This document shows positions 26,441 through 40,905 of a DNA stretch of 64,000 nt, in pieces (positions within the stretch are counted from its first letter, which is position 1; each line of letters begins with the position of its first letter). The notes under the pieces were generated by a model. That model had not been told where the DNA came from. It was given only the letters and a program-made list of their open reading frames with translations, and did not search any database. Location of the stretch: contig OZ024749.1 of NCBI GenBank assembly GCA_964016885.1, positions 2,914,001 through 2,978,000 on the forward strand, read 5' to 3'. Source of the stretch: Eledone cirrhosa. Its lineage: Eukaryota. The position numbers and the translations under genes were made by a program.

Positions 26441-28070
26441 TTAGGAAGTAGTTATTGAGATGAATTGGTTAGCGAGAAAGCGATGTTGCAGTCTCGGGTT
26501 TAAAAGTTGAGTTATTTTATAGTGAGAGAATTTAGCCTTCAGTTTGTGGTTGCAGTATAACGATCGCTCGATTCTGTCATTTAGTAATTTGTTTTGGGAT
26601 TTTAAGATATAAAAGAGTCCAAGGTTGCATAATCTACAGTACTTCAATTCACTCCGATATGCACCAGCGCTGGATAGTTTATCACATTTCAAGATAAACT
26701 GCATTCTCGGAGTTGCCAGGTCTTATTGGCGAGCGTAGTCACAAGACGGTGTTTAGGATGCTTAATCGAAAATCGATGACGATACCAGAGAGATTTAAAG
26801 GAGGTAGTAGTAGACCCAATGTAATACCATTTCTGGTCGTTCGATTCAACGGTGCATTGATAAACAATGTTGGACTCTAGGCATTTGTTCTTCAATGGGC
26901 ATCTTTCGGGTAGGTGGCAGTTGCAGTTTTTGTTGTGGGTAGCCGGTATACCATGGATAGGTTGGGATAACAGTTCAGGTGGGTTGTGTAATACCCACCT
27001 CCCATTTGGTGGTTGGGTGACCGATATTACGTTATGCTCATCTGTTACTAAACTATTTTGTTTTGTAGTGTTGTTTAATAATTGCTTTAAGTTAAGTTTT
27101 TTATGTATGCTTCAAGGTTTGGTGCGGTGGAGTATGATAGCTTAATAGTCTTAGAGTTTAGAATCTTACTGTATTTATGGGAACTAGGGAAATGCTTGTT
27201 AATTAACCTAAAGAATGAAAGACATACTTTTGTATTAATCGAAGCATTAAACATGGGATTATACCAGATATACTTTCTACAACGTGATTTATTTGGTGAT
27301 GATTTTCTATTAGTATGTCTCGTGGTACTGTATGTGTGCGCTTGTATTTCTGTACCCCGGTTATATATTCTTTGATTGCGTGTGCAGCTATGTATGTTAT
27401 GAAGATTCTTATCAATGTATTCTATTTAATCACGGTTGTCTGCATTCCTTAATGCGTTATTATAGTATTCAACATGTTCACTGAAAATCTTAGACGATAG
27501 GCGAGAGATTCCGAGAGAAATACTACGGGGAACCGATTTGATCATGGAAAGAGGGTGATTCGAATTAAAATTAATATAGGTAAGGTTCTCATTTATCTTG
27601 TGGAAGGGTCGTATCAGTCCAGTATTCAAATTAAGAGTTGCGTCAAGGAAATTTATGACTTTAAGATTGTATTCGTACGTTATTTTTAGATCCAGTTCAC
27701 TAAAAGAATTTCTAATGTTTTTTCTGTAGCCTTTTAAGATTGGTTATTTAAGTTATTAACTAATAAAAGCGTGTCATCTCTATATATTCCCCCCTATAGA
27801 TTACTAAATTTTCCATGTAGTATGTAAGCTATGTAAATTCCCACAAGATTCGTGACCTCCTCTGAGTCGTCAGAGCCCATGGTGATATCGAAGTTTGTGG
27901 GTCTGTCCCTACGTTCCCAGTAGCAGTTATCAAGCTTCATAATAGTTTTCCTAGCCTCTAGAATAACATGAATTTCGTCCTCTGTTAGGTCGGAATTGAA
28001 TTTGGCAAACGATAGGGCCTTACGTAAAGTACTGGGTGAGATTGAAGAGCAGTATTCGTCAATACTTTCT
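26441..28070 (-). pseudogene. 5'-truncated, frameshifted PLE (RT + C-terminal GIY-YIG), same clade as the 35 kb element
   Basis: FDITMGSDDSEEVTNLVGIY, RPFHK..YINFNSNHP, CLESNIVYQC..YYIGSTTTSFK, CRLC..LLNDR. Confidence 0.9.
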
Positions 28071-28319
28071 CTCTTCCTTTCTACTCTATTTTCTCCAATA
28101 ACTTCCTTTAAGAAATACAAGGAATTTACATTTTAACCATTCTGCTCTGAGTAAATGGAAGTCGCAGCATTTGAAAATTGAGTTTCTGCAATCAAATAAT
28201 TATTAATTATCAATTGCACATAGCATGACTTGGCTATATAACCACTGATGAAACATTTGTAGGCACTCGGAATAAATTACCTTTTTATGATGTCTACCTG
28301 TTATTATTCATTCTTTATA

Positions 28320-28422
28320 TCCCGCCGAGGTTGACTTTGCCTTTCATCCTTACGGGGTCGATAAAATAAAGTACCAGTAATGCACTGGGTAATTGCTGGC
28401 CTTGTGCCTAAAGTAGAAACAA
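28320..28422 (+). mobile_element. SINE 3' half
   Basis: Core and tail nearly identical to 29818-29918. Confidence 0.85.
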
Positions 28423-28434
28423 TTATTCATTCTT

Positions 28435-28473
<39 letters not shown>

Positions 28474-28517
28474 AATTAGGATTTAGCTTCAGGCATAGCT
28501 GTATACAGATATGTGTA

Positions 28518-28627
<110 letters not shown>

Positions 28628-28666
28628 CGAAGTAGTTTCAGATATTAAAGCCCTTTATTGATAATG

Positions 28667-28738
28667 CTGTGATAAAATTTCAATGACCACAGCGGTCATA
28701 CGCTTCAGTGTCCCCATTGCCATGACCTCATCAGACAG
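28667..28738 (-). ncRNA. Type-I hammerhead-like motif
   Basis: Minus strand CTGT-CTGATGA-GGTCAT...ATGACC...-GAAA-TTTTA-TC|ACAG; 4 bp stem I. Confidence 0.55.
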
Positions 28739-29732
28739 ATTCTTACATATTAAGGTTACGTTCCCGATGCAATCCAAATTGAAACGACAAGGGAACGGAC
28801 GATGAGGGTGTTCTTGAATCCTTCGCCCGTTCCCTTGTGATCCCCAATTCACCGCCACAGCTTTGCGCAGGCGCAAATGTGAAGGACGTTGACCATCTAA
28901 CTTCTACCCTAAAACATTCAGGCCGGTAATGTCACACACTCATAGAGATCGTGCCAGCCACTAAGTTGTTGTTTACTGCCAGTCGCTCTTCCAGTAGCAG
29001 CCAACGGAAATCTAGTGGTAGTGGTAGAGTATAAGTTTCAATAGGTTTCGATACTACACCTAAAATATGGTTGGACAAAAGAATTGGCCATCACCCGTGA
29101 AGAGAATATAAACTTAATTCTAGGCTCTAGATATTATGGTTTCACAATGGAAATTAAAATTGATAATAAGATTGAAAATTATAAATTAAAAGTTAAAATC
29201 TTTATTGAAGTAAATAAAAAACATAATATAATATATATATATAAATGTCGTTCACCTACCAAGAGGTTATCTGCTGATCTCATAGAAATCGTTCTCAGCA
29301 GATTTTATGTTGAGGGTTTCCATTTTCATATTTCATTCGAACATGCCCATAACAAAAATGGCTGGAACAATCTAGATATATGTTTTGGTGTAATGTTTGA
29401 AGAAATCTTTGATGAAATATTTTGAAAGAAATTAAAGAAATATTTGATGAATTAAATGACGGAATTCGTGGAAAAGATGCGTCGAAATGTTTAGTAAACA
29501 GTTTGAAATATTATGAAGAAAATGTTAAGAAAGCGTTCTGTGATTATTACATAATTAGTTATCCTACTATAATATGCATACAATGTATGTTTATGTAATT
29601 ATTCTGTCTAATCAATAGGTAATTATCACTTATAAACTCAACTGAAGCAAATTGCAATTTATATGAGATGCGATATTTATTTGTTTCAATAGAAAACTAT
29701 ATTCATTCGTAATGTAAACTGTAAAGGTTGTT

Positions 29733-30172
29733 AGGGCGGTGGATTGGCAGTATCAGTAGAGGGTCGGACGCCATGCTTTCCAGCATAGTTTCGTCCCTTT
29801 ACGATCTGAGCTCAAATCCCGCCGAGGTTGACTTTGCCTTTCATCCTTACGGGGTCGATCAAATAAAGTACCAGTAATGCACTGGGTAATTGCTGGCCTT
29901 GTGCCTAAAGTAGAAACAGTTATTTGTTAAGTAACACACATCATTTGTAACAGAGGCAGTGGCTTGGCTGTATCGTTAGATGGTCCCATCCCATGCTTTC
30001 CTGCATAGCGTTATGGCCCTTTATGGCTTAAGTTCAAATTGCGCCAAGTTTAACTTTGCTTTTCATCCTTATGATGTTGATAAAATAAAGCACCAGTAAT
30101 GAACTGGGGTCGATTGGATTGACTTTACCCTATTGCAAAAGTGCTGGCCTTAAGCCTATAGTAGGAATCATT
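29733..30172 (+). mobile_element. Two tandem tRNA-derived SINE copies (29733-29918, ~29955-30172); further pieces at 41958-42117, ~47170-47290, 57573-57618, 59186-59283 (-), 59680-59745 (-), 60407-60457 (-)
   Basis: A/B-box-like head plus the conserved CCTTTCATCCTTACGGGGTCGAT.AAATAAAGTACCAG core, which resembles the MetaSINE-type central domain as I recall it. Confidence 0.85.
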
Positions 30173-30259
30173 ATTTGTAACAAGTAAAATGTTACAAATG
30201 TCACTGAAATTGTAATCTGCAACCTTCAACATTGGTATGTGTTTAGAATGTCTCGAGAA

Positions 30260-30470
30260 AGAGTCGCTGGAAATATTTTACGGGAAAAACCAGCTGGCAA
30301 AAGACCCAGGGTAGACGCTGAGCAAGATGCTTGGATAACATCCATGAGCTTGGCTGTTAACGCTTGGGGATCCAGTCGGTTCAGTTGGAAACATTTGCTT
30401 TTGTCAGGACCGGTTGGAAGGAGTGCTTGAGGACTCTGTCCCCATGACCCTCTCAGAAATAAGTGGCAGG
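30260..30470 (+). pseudogene. Degenerate LINE (RTE-like) 3' end
   Basis: ILREKPAGKRPR followed, after a frameshift, by a W.DNI..LG...DR..W-like tail. Confidence 0.45.
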
Positions 30471-32420
30471 TGAAGAACCCTATACAAAAATGAAGATAAT
30501 TCTGCATGATATATTCTTAGCCATTCCTGGAAAGATCCAATCATTTCCTTCTAGATGCAAACACTTTTGAATACGGGCATATTTGATATGGCCATATTTA
30601 ATATGGTTTTATGAAATTCCTTTCTCGATCATTACGTCACTGGAATGATCCAAGTGCCTGACATTTTCGTCAAGTCTCTTTAATATAGTTGCTATACAAT
30701 TATATGCTTACATGGAAATCCTTCGGATGCATACTTTATTTCATTGTTCCCATATTGACATATTTTGTCACGCTAATTCTGCCTGACGTTATGTTAAAGA
30801 TACTCGTGCCCACGGAATACTCAGCCATTTAAATTATAATAAAAGATGGATTGTTCTTGTAATTCAAACTCTTGAAATTGCCATAGACTGTGTCACTTCG
30901 GTTCGGTTCGACGATTAAATTAAGAATAAACGTTTCTAAGGGGGAATCAGCCACAAGTACATCTAGGATGCGGGCATTTAACTGGATTCTTCTCGGTGAA
31001 ACTGACGGATGTTGTATCATTGAAATAGCTTTGATATAGAGCAAAAGATCAATAATATACTAAATAAGAACAGCTAAAACAACAACAACGAACATGAATA
31101 AAAGCAACCAAAAAATCCTGAATAACCTCAGCAACGACGATAACAACAAGGCCAATAACAACAACTCAGTACAGCTTCAATGATAACAGCAACGAAAACA
31201 ACACCAGGGTCGCATACAGCAACACAGTATCACCAACGACAACAACAAATAGAACAACAAAAACAACATAAACATAAACAACAGAATCAATTACGAAAGC
31301 AACAACAACAGCAATCAACAAATAAAAAGATATAAGATAACTGAGAAAAGTGAAGTAGATGAAGCAATGATATAATAGATACGAGCCAGTGCCTCGTTCC
31401 GCCATAGTCAAATTCCTTGATTTTGGAAGAACTCATATGAAAGTCGGAAACGTCTTAGAAGAAGAAACAAATTTTAAGTGCGGTTAATGCTTGGATAAAT
31501 AACAGAAACTAAGAAGAAACTGCCAGTCTGCATCTTCAACTGTCTTTATTATAATATAATGTACACTTTGAAAATTTGAATAACCTCTTCTAGAGAATAT
31601 ATTTCTGATGTTTACTATGGCTAGTCAAATGCAAGGCTACGAAATGGCAGATTTACCGGAGCTTCAGATCAAATGCCATGTCGTATCTCCTTTAGTTCTG
31701 TGGTCAATCTCTACCAATATCAATATACATCATTGTAAGAAACTCCATCAATTATTCTGTGTTGCCACACTATATAACATTTGGGGTTTATGTTGTTTAG
31801 CTTTAAACAGAAATTAAAAGATAACGCAGCCCAATGCCGTATCAACAATTTTAACAGGCTATGAATACAATGGCGCAACCTCTTCCCATGAATAAATCAG
31901 CAAAGTTAAAAATAAATACATTTACATGTCCATATTTGTGCTGAAGTCTCGGAACGATCATAATTTTGAGAATTTACAGTTCACTAAACCATCTTATTTT
32001 CTATAATTATTGTAAGATATATGGAATCTGTTTTCGGTTTTCCTCTTTTTCCAAATATATAGATAGTTTTTCACTTCTTTAATGTATCTTCGTTCCAATT
32101 TTTATTTCTTCAAATTCCCAGTCTCTCTGTATTTATTATTTTTTTCTTTCAATCGCTCATCATATATTAAAACCTAAATGTGTGTTTTATTTTCCGAGTA
32201 AACATTAACAAATTTATTTAGCTTAAACATTCAACATTTTTACATCCATCTCCACTGTAATACAATGTGACTGAAAAGCGATAGAACTAAAAATTTCCAC
32301 AAACACAAAACGGATTTGAAACAGCTGCAAGATAGGAAACTGGTCAAAATATTTTATTATATATTCGACAATTATGCCACTCATCATACACACGGACATC
32401 CACGAACACGCACACACACG

Positions 32421-32541
<121 letters not shown>

Positions 32542-32679
32542 CGTGTGTGTGTCCGTGTGTGTGTATGTAATGGCAAGTGTGTAGCATTTTGCATATGAGA
32601 TCCGTCACATTCTATCTCTGAATGTCTACATCTTCACCCCCTCCTTTCTCTCTCTGTATTTGTATATATATATATATAG

Positions 32680-32965
32680 GGCGGGTAACATTCCCGAGAT
32701 CCATGGACGAGTTCTCTCCAGCGGTCTCTGTCCCTCATTATCGCTGCCATGTCCTGCGTCTCCATCAGACCAGTGTCTGTCCTTAGGGCATCAACGTACG
32801 TTAACCTTGGTCTTCCTCTTCCAGTGTGTCCATGTAGGGGCTCCCACAGCAGCACTGAGTGTAATGTCAACTCTGGATGTCGGTGAGTATGTCCAGCTAA
32901 CTTCAGTCTCCTTTGTGTCACTTTTGAGCTGACTTTTGGGAGGCTCCCATACAGCTCTGATGTTT
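32680..32965 (-). pseudogene. RTE-clade LINE 3' end; 45 bp piece of the same end at 62999-63047
   Basis: RRLKLAGHTHRHPE...VLLWEP.HG..GRGRPRLTYVD...DRDRWR, a typical RTE C-terminus. Confidence 0.8.
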
Positions 32966-32968
32966 TTC

Positions 32969-33005
<37 letters not shown>

Positions 33006-33439
33006 TAGTTGAAAATGAAGGAAGAAAACACAAGAGTCAATTGTACACAGAAGTTAAATGTCTCTAATTAGTATGCATCTCAATGAAAGGAAAGTATATA
33101 TTGAAAAAATTAATTAATTAATCATCGATTGTCACACGTCATGATCTGAAGATGTACTACGACCATTATAGGAATATATTGGAATCCGATCATCTAATTT
33201 CATTGACGTACTTACCTCCCTTTCTGCACCAACTACGAGTATCTGGGATGCATGATGCGTATAACGCCAAGTAATTTTGATTAATACCTTAGGATCTGCT
33301 AATTGGAATGATTAAATTTAACTATTACTTAATCCGTCTAGCATAAACCTAATACACACTCATACACACTCACACACGAATATATGTGTATATATATATA
33401 TATACATATATATATATGCAAATATATATATATATGTAT

Positions 33440-33680
33440 ATGCAAAAGTTCTATTTAAATTGTTGGGATACAACAAGCAAACATTTTTATAACTGATATA
33501 AAGCACTCAACTAGTATTTGGAGTAAACGTACGATATTAACAAATGGAAACTATATTTATAAAACCATATTTATTTCATTATACATATTTCAAGGACACC
33601 AAGTTAAATTATGGTGTGCTTTCATCAGACAAAATATAATATAGATCAGTTTTATAAATAAATATTGACATACCCTTAAC
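33440..33680 (-). mobile_element. Single-arm member of the 56948-57285 family with HHR at ~33578-33635
   Basis: Minus strand TTTTGT-CTGATGA-AAGcACACCA..TGGTGTcCTT-GAAA-TATGTA. Confidence 0.8.
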
Positions 33681-33849
33681 AAATGCAACCATTACTGTTG
33701 GAAGCTCCCGGATAGTGGAGTTGTTTACCTATATTATTATTAGTATTGGATATTTTTATTTTTAAACTAAGCCGTTGGGTTACAGAGAAAGAAAAAGATA
33801 AAGAAGGAGAGTGAGAAAAAAGATAAAGAAGGAGAAAGAAAAAAGAGAG

Positions 33850-33888
<39 letters not shown>

Positions 33889-34535
33889 AGAGAGAGAGAC
33901 CAAAACAACGGAGAGAGAAAGATATATATAGAGAGAGGAGAGAACGAAAACTCTAAGTCATATCTTGTTGAGTTACTTTAACAATTCAGATGAAATGAAT
34001 AAATAAAATTAGAAATGTTATTAATCATGAATGGAATATACATATATAATATGAGAAATTAATCATTGTTTAAATATGATTAGATGTTTAGTTAATCATT
34101 TAAAGATTGCGATCGATATATTAAAAATTGGGATCTATACATTAAGAAATTCATATATTGCTAGAGAACTACATATCATATAACACGTATACACACGCAA
34201 AATTACATATAAATATATATACACACATATAAAATACATAACATATCTAACTACGTATATAATATATACACACAAAGCATAAAGGATTCTTTAATTTAAT
34301 TTAAGATATAGGAATCTTTAAAATGTTATAATTGTTAAGATATTAAAGGAAATTTTATGTTATACACACTTTTTGCTATTAAACAACATTTTTTATATAA
34401 GTTTTATAAGATTACCTGTTATGTATTTATGGCTGTTAATTATATGTCTATCTGTCAGGAATCATTGGGATAATCACTATACATAAGTGCAATCAAATTG
34501 TATGGATATACATGAACATGCATATAAACAATTCT

Positions 34536-34602
<67 letters not shown>

Positions 34603-35215
34603 GTGTGTGTACCCTCAGCCAATAGGTAGATACGCATCACGCATACATATACATACAGACAGACATACATTCATAAGAACGCATAGAACATATGTACATG
34701 TATGTCAATACACACATATACATATATACTCACATATAGAGAGAAGTATATATAAATACAGTACATAGTATAATTGAGTACATAAAATACAAAAGGATTA
34801 TATTACAATTTGGAAATATAATTATAAGCAATATAACTTTAAAAGCAATACAATTTTAAAATATTATATAATATTTTAAGTTATAATTTCAAAATAATAG
34901 TATGCTTAATAGATTTAGTATAGAAATTTATCTTACGTATATTTAACTCAAAATTTTGAAAGGATAAACTTTCGAAAATAGGAGAAGCTATCAGAACAAT
35001 AAGAAAACAATAAAAAAATAAGAAATAGGAAATATTTTCTCCTTTCAAGAGCTCTCAATATATTTCTCTAGAGTAGTTTATTATATTTATATTTATTTAT
35101 ATTTAGGAAGAAAAGTTATTTTACTTGAGTGAATAATCAGTCAAAAAAGATGAAGGAATCTAATGATTATTCGACAGGTTTCATATATTAATAAAATTAA
35201 TTAATTAATTATATA

Positions 35216-37410
35216 CTACATTTTAAATTTATATTTATATTTAAACGTAGAGTTTAATCTATGTCTGCAGCAACTGAATAAATTATTCGTTAAGTTCAGG
35301 GAATTTTGGGTCTTTAATATAAAGAATATTTCCTCTATACAAAGATCGCAATTTTCTGAAGAGGAGTTAAAAGGAGTAGCATTGAAATAATATTCCAAAT
35401 CAACCAATATTCAACGTTCTTTAGTTTTAGGTCCCATAATAGGCTAGATAGAGAAGTTGAAGATTTTTTGCTTGGATCTGTAAAAGAGTTTTTATGATTA
35501 TTGAAGCGGGATTTAAACTCTGTGGAAGTAGATCCCATATAATTAAATGAATTTAAATTAGTTTTTACATTACAATTATATACTACATTTTTAGCTAAGC
35601 AATTTTTATATAACGGACAGTTAGATTTATTTCTACAGTTACATTTATCAGATTGAATATTGCTTGGGTTATTACTGGTATTTTGGTTAGGTTTTACATT
35701 TCTATTATTAATTCTATTAATATTTTGCGCTAAATTTTTGGTGGAAGAATAAGTTAATTTTATAGTATGTCTATTAAAAATTGAGTAATATCTATGTGTT
35801 CTAGGGAAGCATTTGTCAAGAGCTTTAAAAAATAGTTTAGCAATAGGGGTTTTAATATTTAATGAGAAAGGAGGAGCGAACCATAATATGTTCCTAGTTC
35901 TATTTCTTTTTCGGCTTTCGGAATTAATGTAAGGTTTTCTATTATAGTTGTTAAAATTGTTACCATAGTTAAAATTGTTACGATTATGATTAGTTGTTAT
36001 ATTATTATTATTATCAATGTATTTAATGTTATTTCTATACCCAGCTCTACCCAACGCTTCGTTGTAATAATGTGCTTTTTCATCAAATATATTCTTATTA
36101 GCTGAAATTCTCGAAATGCGTTCTTGTACAGAGTTCACTATAGTATTTTTAACGGATCAGGGGTGATTAGAGTTAAAATTGACGTAATTTAAGTTCTCAT
36201 TTAGTTTGTGAAATGGAGACATGTGTTAAGATTTAGTGTTACATCTAGAAAATTGACTATTTTATGGTTATTCCCTATTTCTACTTTTAGATTAAGGTAA
36301 TTAAAAAATTGTATAATTTTTTTTCTTTTATTATTTTCTATAAGTAAAAGCATGTCGTCACGATATAAATCTTCAGTTATCTCAGGTATTTTTTATCTAG
36401 AGACTTAATTATAAATAGGCCCACAAGATCCGTTACCTGAGCGGAATCGAAAGATCCCATAGTTATGTCGAAATTATTATTTCTATCTGCCCTAGTCCAG
36501 GGTGGGTTATTAAATTCTATTAATGTTTTCCGTGCCGATAATATAATGTGCATTTCATTGCTAGTTATGTCTGTATGTTTAAATGCGTAAGTTAGTGCCT
36601 TATTCAGTAGATTAGGAGTGATAGATGAGTAATAGTTAGCAATATCCAACTGAATGAACTTATTATTTTAGTTATATTTAATTTCTTTAAACGAATCGAT
36701 AACTTCCCTAGTTCCTTTTTTAAATAAGATAAATTAGATAAGTTCTTAATTTGTGGTATTATTCTGTCCAGAATATTTTTACTAAGTCTGCCTAGGTCCG
36801 ATTTAGAAGGTGCAATTAATCTGACTGGTAAATCAGTTTCGAAGTTCCTTTTATGATCCTTCATATTAAACTTAGGTTTCCTTGGCATGAAGGGTTGTGT
36901 CCTATTTTCAATGCCTAGTTCATGCATTATATAAGAGGTATCTGTATTCAATTTTTCAACGTCATCTTTATTTTCTACTTTGTATTTCTTCCTTAATTCC
37001 TTTAATATAAGATCGTTATAAATGTCCCTTTGTATTCCGTAAAGATTATTGGTTTTGTCAGACTTGACTAGAATTTTCTCCGTTTTCTCCAAGTTTTCAA
37101 TAATATTTTAAATAATTCTTAAGTAATCCGGGCCTTTGAAGTTGTTTTTGAATTTGATGCTTTGGATGATAGATATGATATCATTTTCAAAATCCATTAG
37201 TAGTTTGTTGGGGCGTGGATTTTTTTTAGATTTGAAGATTTTATCCAGATTGGAGACATTTTCATTTAGATTAGATTTATCGAAGTGGAAAGCACGCCAC
37301 CTGATTCTTCTTATAAAAGAGTCTGATTTTTCTATTAATTGTTTAATAAAATCTTTATTCCTAGGTAAAGGTATATCCTTTAGAGAAGAAGAGATCTTAA
37401 AGAATTCCAT
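35216..37410 (-). pseudogene. Near full-length PLE ORF (RT + C-terminal GIY-YIG) broken by a few stops and frameshifts
   Basis: SLKDIP..IRRIRWRAF, KDHK..F....PVRLIAPSKSDLG, FDITMGSFD, LYRDDML, CNCR....CPL...C...NVVY...YMGSTSTEFKSRF.NH, CDLC..E...CRHR. Confidence 0.93.
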
Positions 37411-37698
37411 TTTTCAGTTATAATATAAAGCGCTCGACAATAGAGGAGCAGAATATATGTACCTTTATATATATATGCATGCGAAAAAGGAAAAAAAGGG
37501 GGGGAGGGTCTATATATATAGCTGTAGGTTTCTTTGTATACGGTTATATATACGCGTATGCATGTGTGTGCGCCTGTGTGTGTGTGTGTTGATGTATATG
37601 GGCATGTAGGCAGGCGTCTGTGTATGCGTATGTTTGTAGATTTATATGTTCTCTTTAAGTGTGTGTGTATAGCGGGAGTCTATGCGTACGGATGTTGT

Positions 37699-37796
<98 letters not shown>

Positions 37797-38465
37797 CGCG
37801 AACTACCAAACCCAGCAGCAACTCATCGCAGTGTGACAGAAACGGGACGGCTGATGGTCAGCCGAATAATACCTGTTGGTCAGAATTATGATGACGTAGA
37901 AAAAACAGCAGCCAATAACAGGACGCGCCAATATAATGTTTATGATGCTAATACCCAGTGAAAGAATTTGCTCCGAAATCGTTAGACGTGTCCGTCGAAC
38001 CTGCGGACCCCGAATCAGACAGCTTCACACAATGATCGTGTCTCGAGCTGGCCACCAGCGAAACAATTGTAACAGAACATAAATTGAGTTCAGATGCATC
38101 ACTCATTTTTCGTTTTATATTATATCATACTCTGCTCCGTAAGAACATAGAGTGCTCAACAGGCATACCGCCTATGGGAGCATCTTAGCTACCATCAGAC
38201 ACACACACACATACACATATATATATATATATATTAATATATATATATAAGTATGTATGTATACGTACATACATATATGTATACAGACGTACAGTAGTAT
38301 GTATATATATACATACATGCAAACATATATATATGCACGTATCGGTTTACCGAACATTTATTATAATGCTCGGTTTGTTTGTTTGTAAACAAATAAACAG
38401 CCCGAATTACGTCGTACAGTGTTTAGGCAACCACGTCACCTTTTTGTTCAACACTGACACAGGAA

Positions 38466-38532
<67 letters not shown>

Positions 38533-38548
38533 TATATATAAACATATA

Positions 38549-38631
<83 letters not shown>

Positions 38632-38636
38632 ATATA

Positions 38637-38667
<31 letters not shown>

Positions 38668-38680
38668 CGATGTATATATG

Positions 38681-38716
<36 letters not shown>

Positions 38717-38844
38717 ATATGAAATGCCTATGATGGTTGGAAGATTACTGATGAAGGACAAACTTTTTTCATATGTAACCCATTTGCAACTCCGCATCGC
38801 CCTTATTTTCATATATATATATATATATCGATGTATATATGTAT

Positions 38845-38878
<34 letters not shown>

Positions 38879-38978
38879 GATGTATATATGTATTATATAT
38901 ACATATATATATATATATTATATATATTATATATTATATATATATATATAGGTAGTTCCACACCAGTTAGTTCACCAT

Positions 38979-39020
38979 ACCGGGAAAAATATTTCATCTT
39001 GTTCGGATCATCAGCTTGGT
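38979..39020 (-). ncRNA. HHR motif in the inverted 5' repeat
   Basis: Minus strand ACCAAG-CTGATGA-tccgaacaagat-GAAA-tatttt-t-CCCGGT. Confidence 0.6.
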
Positions 39021-40216
39021 CTAAATGAAGATGTACGCAAAAGGAAGAACAACAAGTAGCCTGGGCAAAGAAGTCAGCCACATCGATAGTGCTGATGATT
39101 TGTTAAATACTAGATTCCCTGACTTCCACTCAGGATTATACCGCGACGTTGGTCTGATCCTATCGATCCATAAAATTGGTCACGACCTGGACCGGTTTAA
39201 AAAGGATTTAAGTACTACTTTTAATGAGTTGGGACGTAGGATAATAGTAGCTACCAGCCTCACTAGCGTAGGTTACTTAGATATAGATTTAGATCTTCAC
39301 ACACACACCTTTAGACCCTTCCATAAAGTAAAGGAAAAAATAAATTAAATACACAAGGACACATGCCACCCTTCTACAGTTTTTAGAAACGTCGCGAAAA
39401 ATATCAGCATTAGTATCTCTACCCTCTCTTCTAATAAAACATTATTTGACAGAGCGCCACCCTACTACAACACGGGGTTAGCTAACAGCGGCTTCTCGCA
39501 ACCAATTACTTACATCCCTGCTAACGTTAACAGCAATAGGAAAAGAAATCTTACCAATAGAAAACCTATCTTTTTTTCTTTCCCTTCTCACTCAACGTTA
39601 AAACTAATGTAGGAAAAATATTTTTAGCTCTCTTAGATATACACTTGCAACACACCCGCTATAATTTACAAAGCTGTGGTCACCTCCAACCGACCAAATC
39701 TACAACAAGAGGCTAAATCCTATATAGGTATGGTGGAGGGCCGGTTTAACTAACGCTTCCTGAATCATCAGTCGATCTTTAGATACCCGAATAAACGATC
39801 GTCTACGAAGCTCGAGAGCCACGTATGGTCCCTCAACGTCACAGGCGTAGATTACTCTATCCAATGGAAAGCTATTACTAAGTCTAAGCAAATGGGAATC
39901 CGTCTTGTGAGCTGTGCATTGAAGAAAGTTTCAATATCCTGAGAATAATACGTAATAGCGCTCGCCTAAATCAAAGGAATTAACTTTTTCCACGTTGTCC
40001 TCACATCTGGAAACACCTATTACATAATTACAAAGCTCCAGATTGACATGAACAATCTATAATATTCTAAATAACATGAATAGTTTATTCCGAGCATCCA
40101 CAGTTATCTCCCTTACATCCATCTATTGTGGGTTTACCTCCCCCAGGAGAAGTGACTGTTTCTGCACATGCACCTTCGTACGGTTGTTATTTTCTTTTGC
40201 GTACAACTTCATTTAG

Positions 40217-40259
40217 ATCGAGCTGATGATCCGAATAAGGTGAAACAATTGTTCTCGGT
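40217..40259 (+). ncRNA. Minimal type-I HHR in the PLE 3' repeat
   Basis: ATCGAG-CTGATGA-tCCgaataaGGt-GAAA-CAATTG-TT|CTCGGT; palindromic stem III, 6 bp stem I. Confidence 0.78.
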
Positions 40260-40548
40260 ATGGTGAATTAACTGTTGTGGAACCACTTCTAACAATCTCG
40301 TCCTATGGACTGAGTGCTCTACTATTAAAGAGATAAATTGCCAGTGTTATGCCATTATATACATATATATATGGCATTAACAAAGCAAGAGTCTGCTAAT
40401 GAACTTTCGATTAGAGAATAGGCCTCGATCGATACATATCGAACCTTGATCTGATCAGTAGTAAAACGCGCCTCACACCTGAATAAACTTAATGATGATA
40501 TTCTGACACCTCATTCCTAATTATTAATATTACACACACACACATACT

Positions 40549-40636
<88 letters not shown>

Positions 40637-40774
40637 TAATGACTTAATTTTTTCTAATACAATGTTCCTCTCTTTTAGAGTTCATGCTTCATAATATCGT
40701 AGGACTGTTATATTTATGAATATAGCGCTAGGTGCAATTATGTACACATTAGGAACTATGTATCGAGTATGGAC

Positions 40775-40905
40775 AATTCCTGCTGAAGAAGGGTAAGAGT
40801 CTGATCGCGTAATATCTGCTTATACTGCGCAATTTCTTTATGCTGCGTTTTAAATAACTGTTGATAGGCATAATATAGCATAGAAACGGAATCCGTCCAG
40901 GAGTT
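40775..40905 (+). ncRNA. Type-I HHR with a ~93 nt stem-II insert
   Basis: AATTCCTG-CTGAAGA-(93 nt)-GAAA-CGGAaTCCG-TC|CAGGAGTT; 8 bp stem I including one G-U, 5 bp stem III, GUC at 40895-40897. Confidence 0.72.

Larger units (their letters stand above)
38951..40345 (+). mobile_element. 5'-truncated PLE with inverted terminal repeats (38951-39056 / ~40182-40290), each holding an HHR
   Basis: RT remnant GLYRDVGL..YLDIDLDL...FRPFHK (39025-39348) and EN remnant YIGMVEGRF; arms are reverse complements; (TA)n on the left. Confidence 0.9.

Noticed and set aside
29733-29830. tRNA gene
   Set aside because: A/B-box-like head continues into a SINE body and does not form a full cloverleaf.
34950-35145. 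HHR downstream of the 35 kb PLE (minus-strand CTGATTA..AAAA and CTGATAG..GAAA)
   Set aside because: Position fits but the cores and stems are too degenerate to support.
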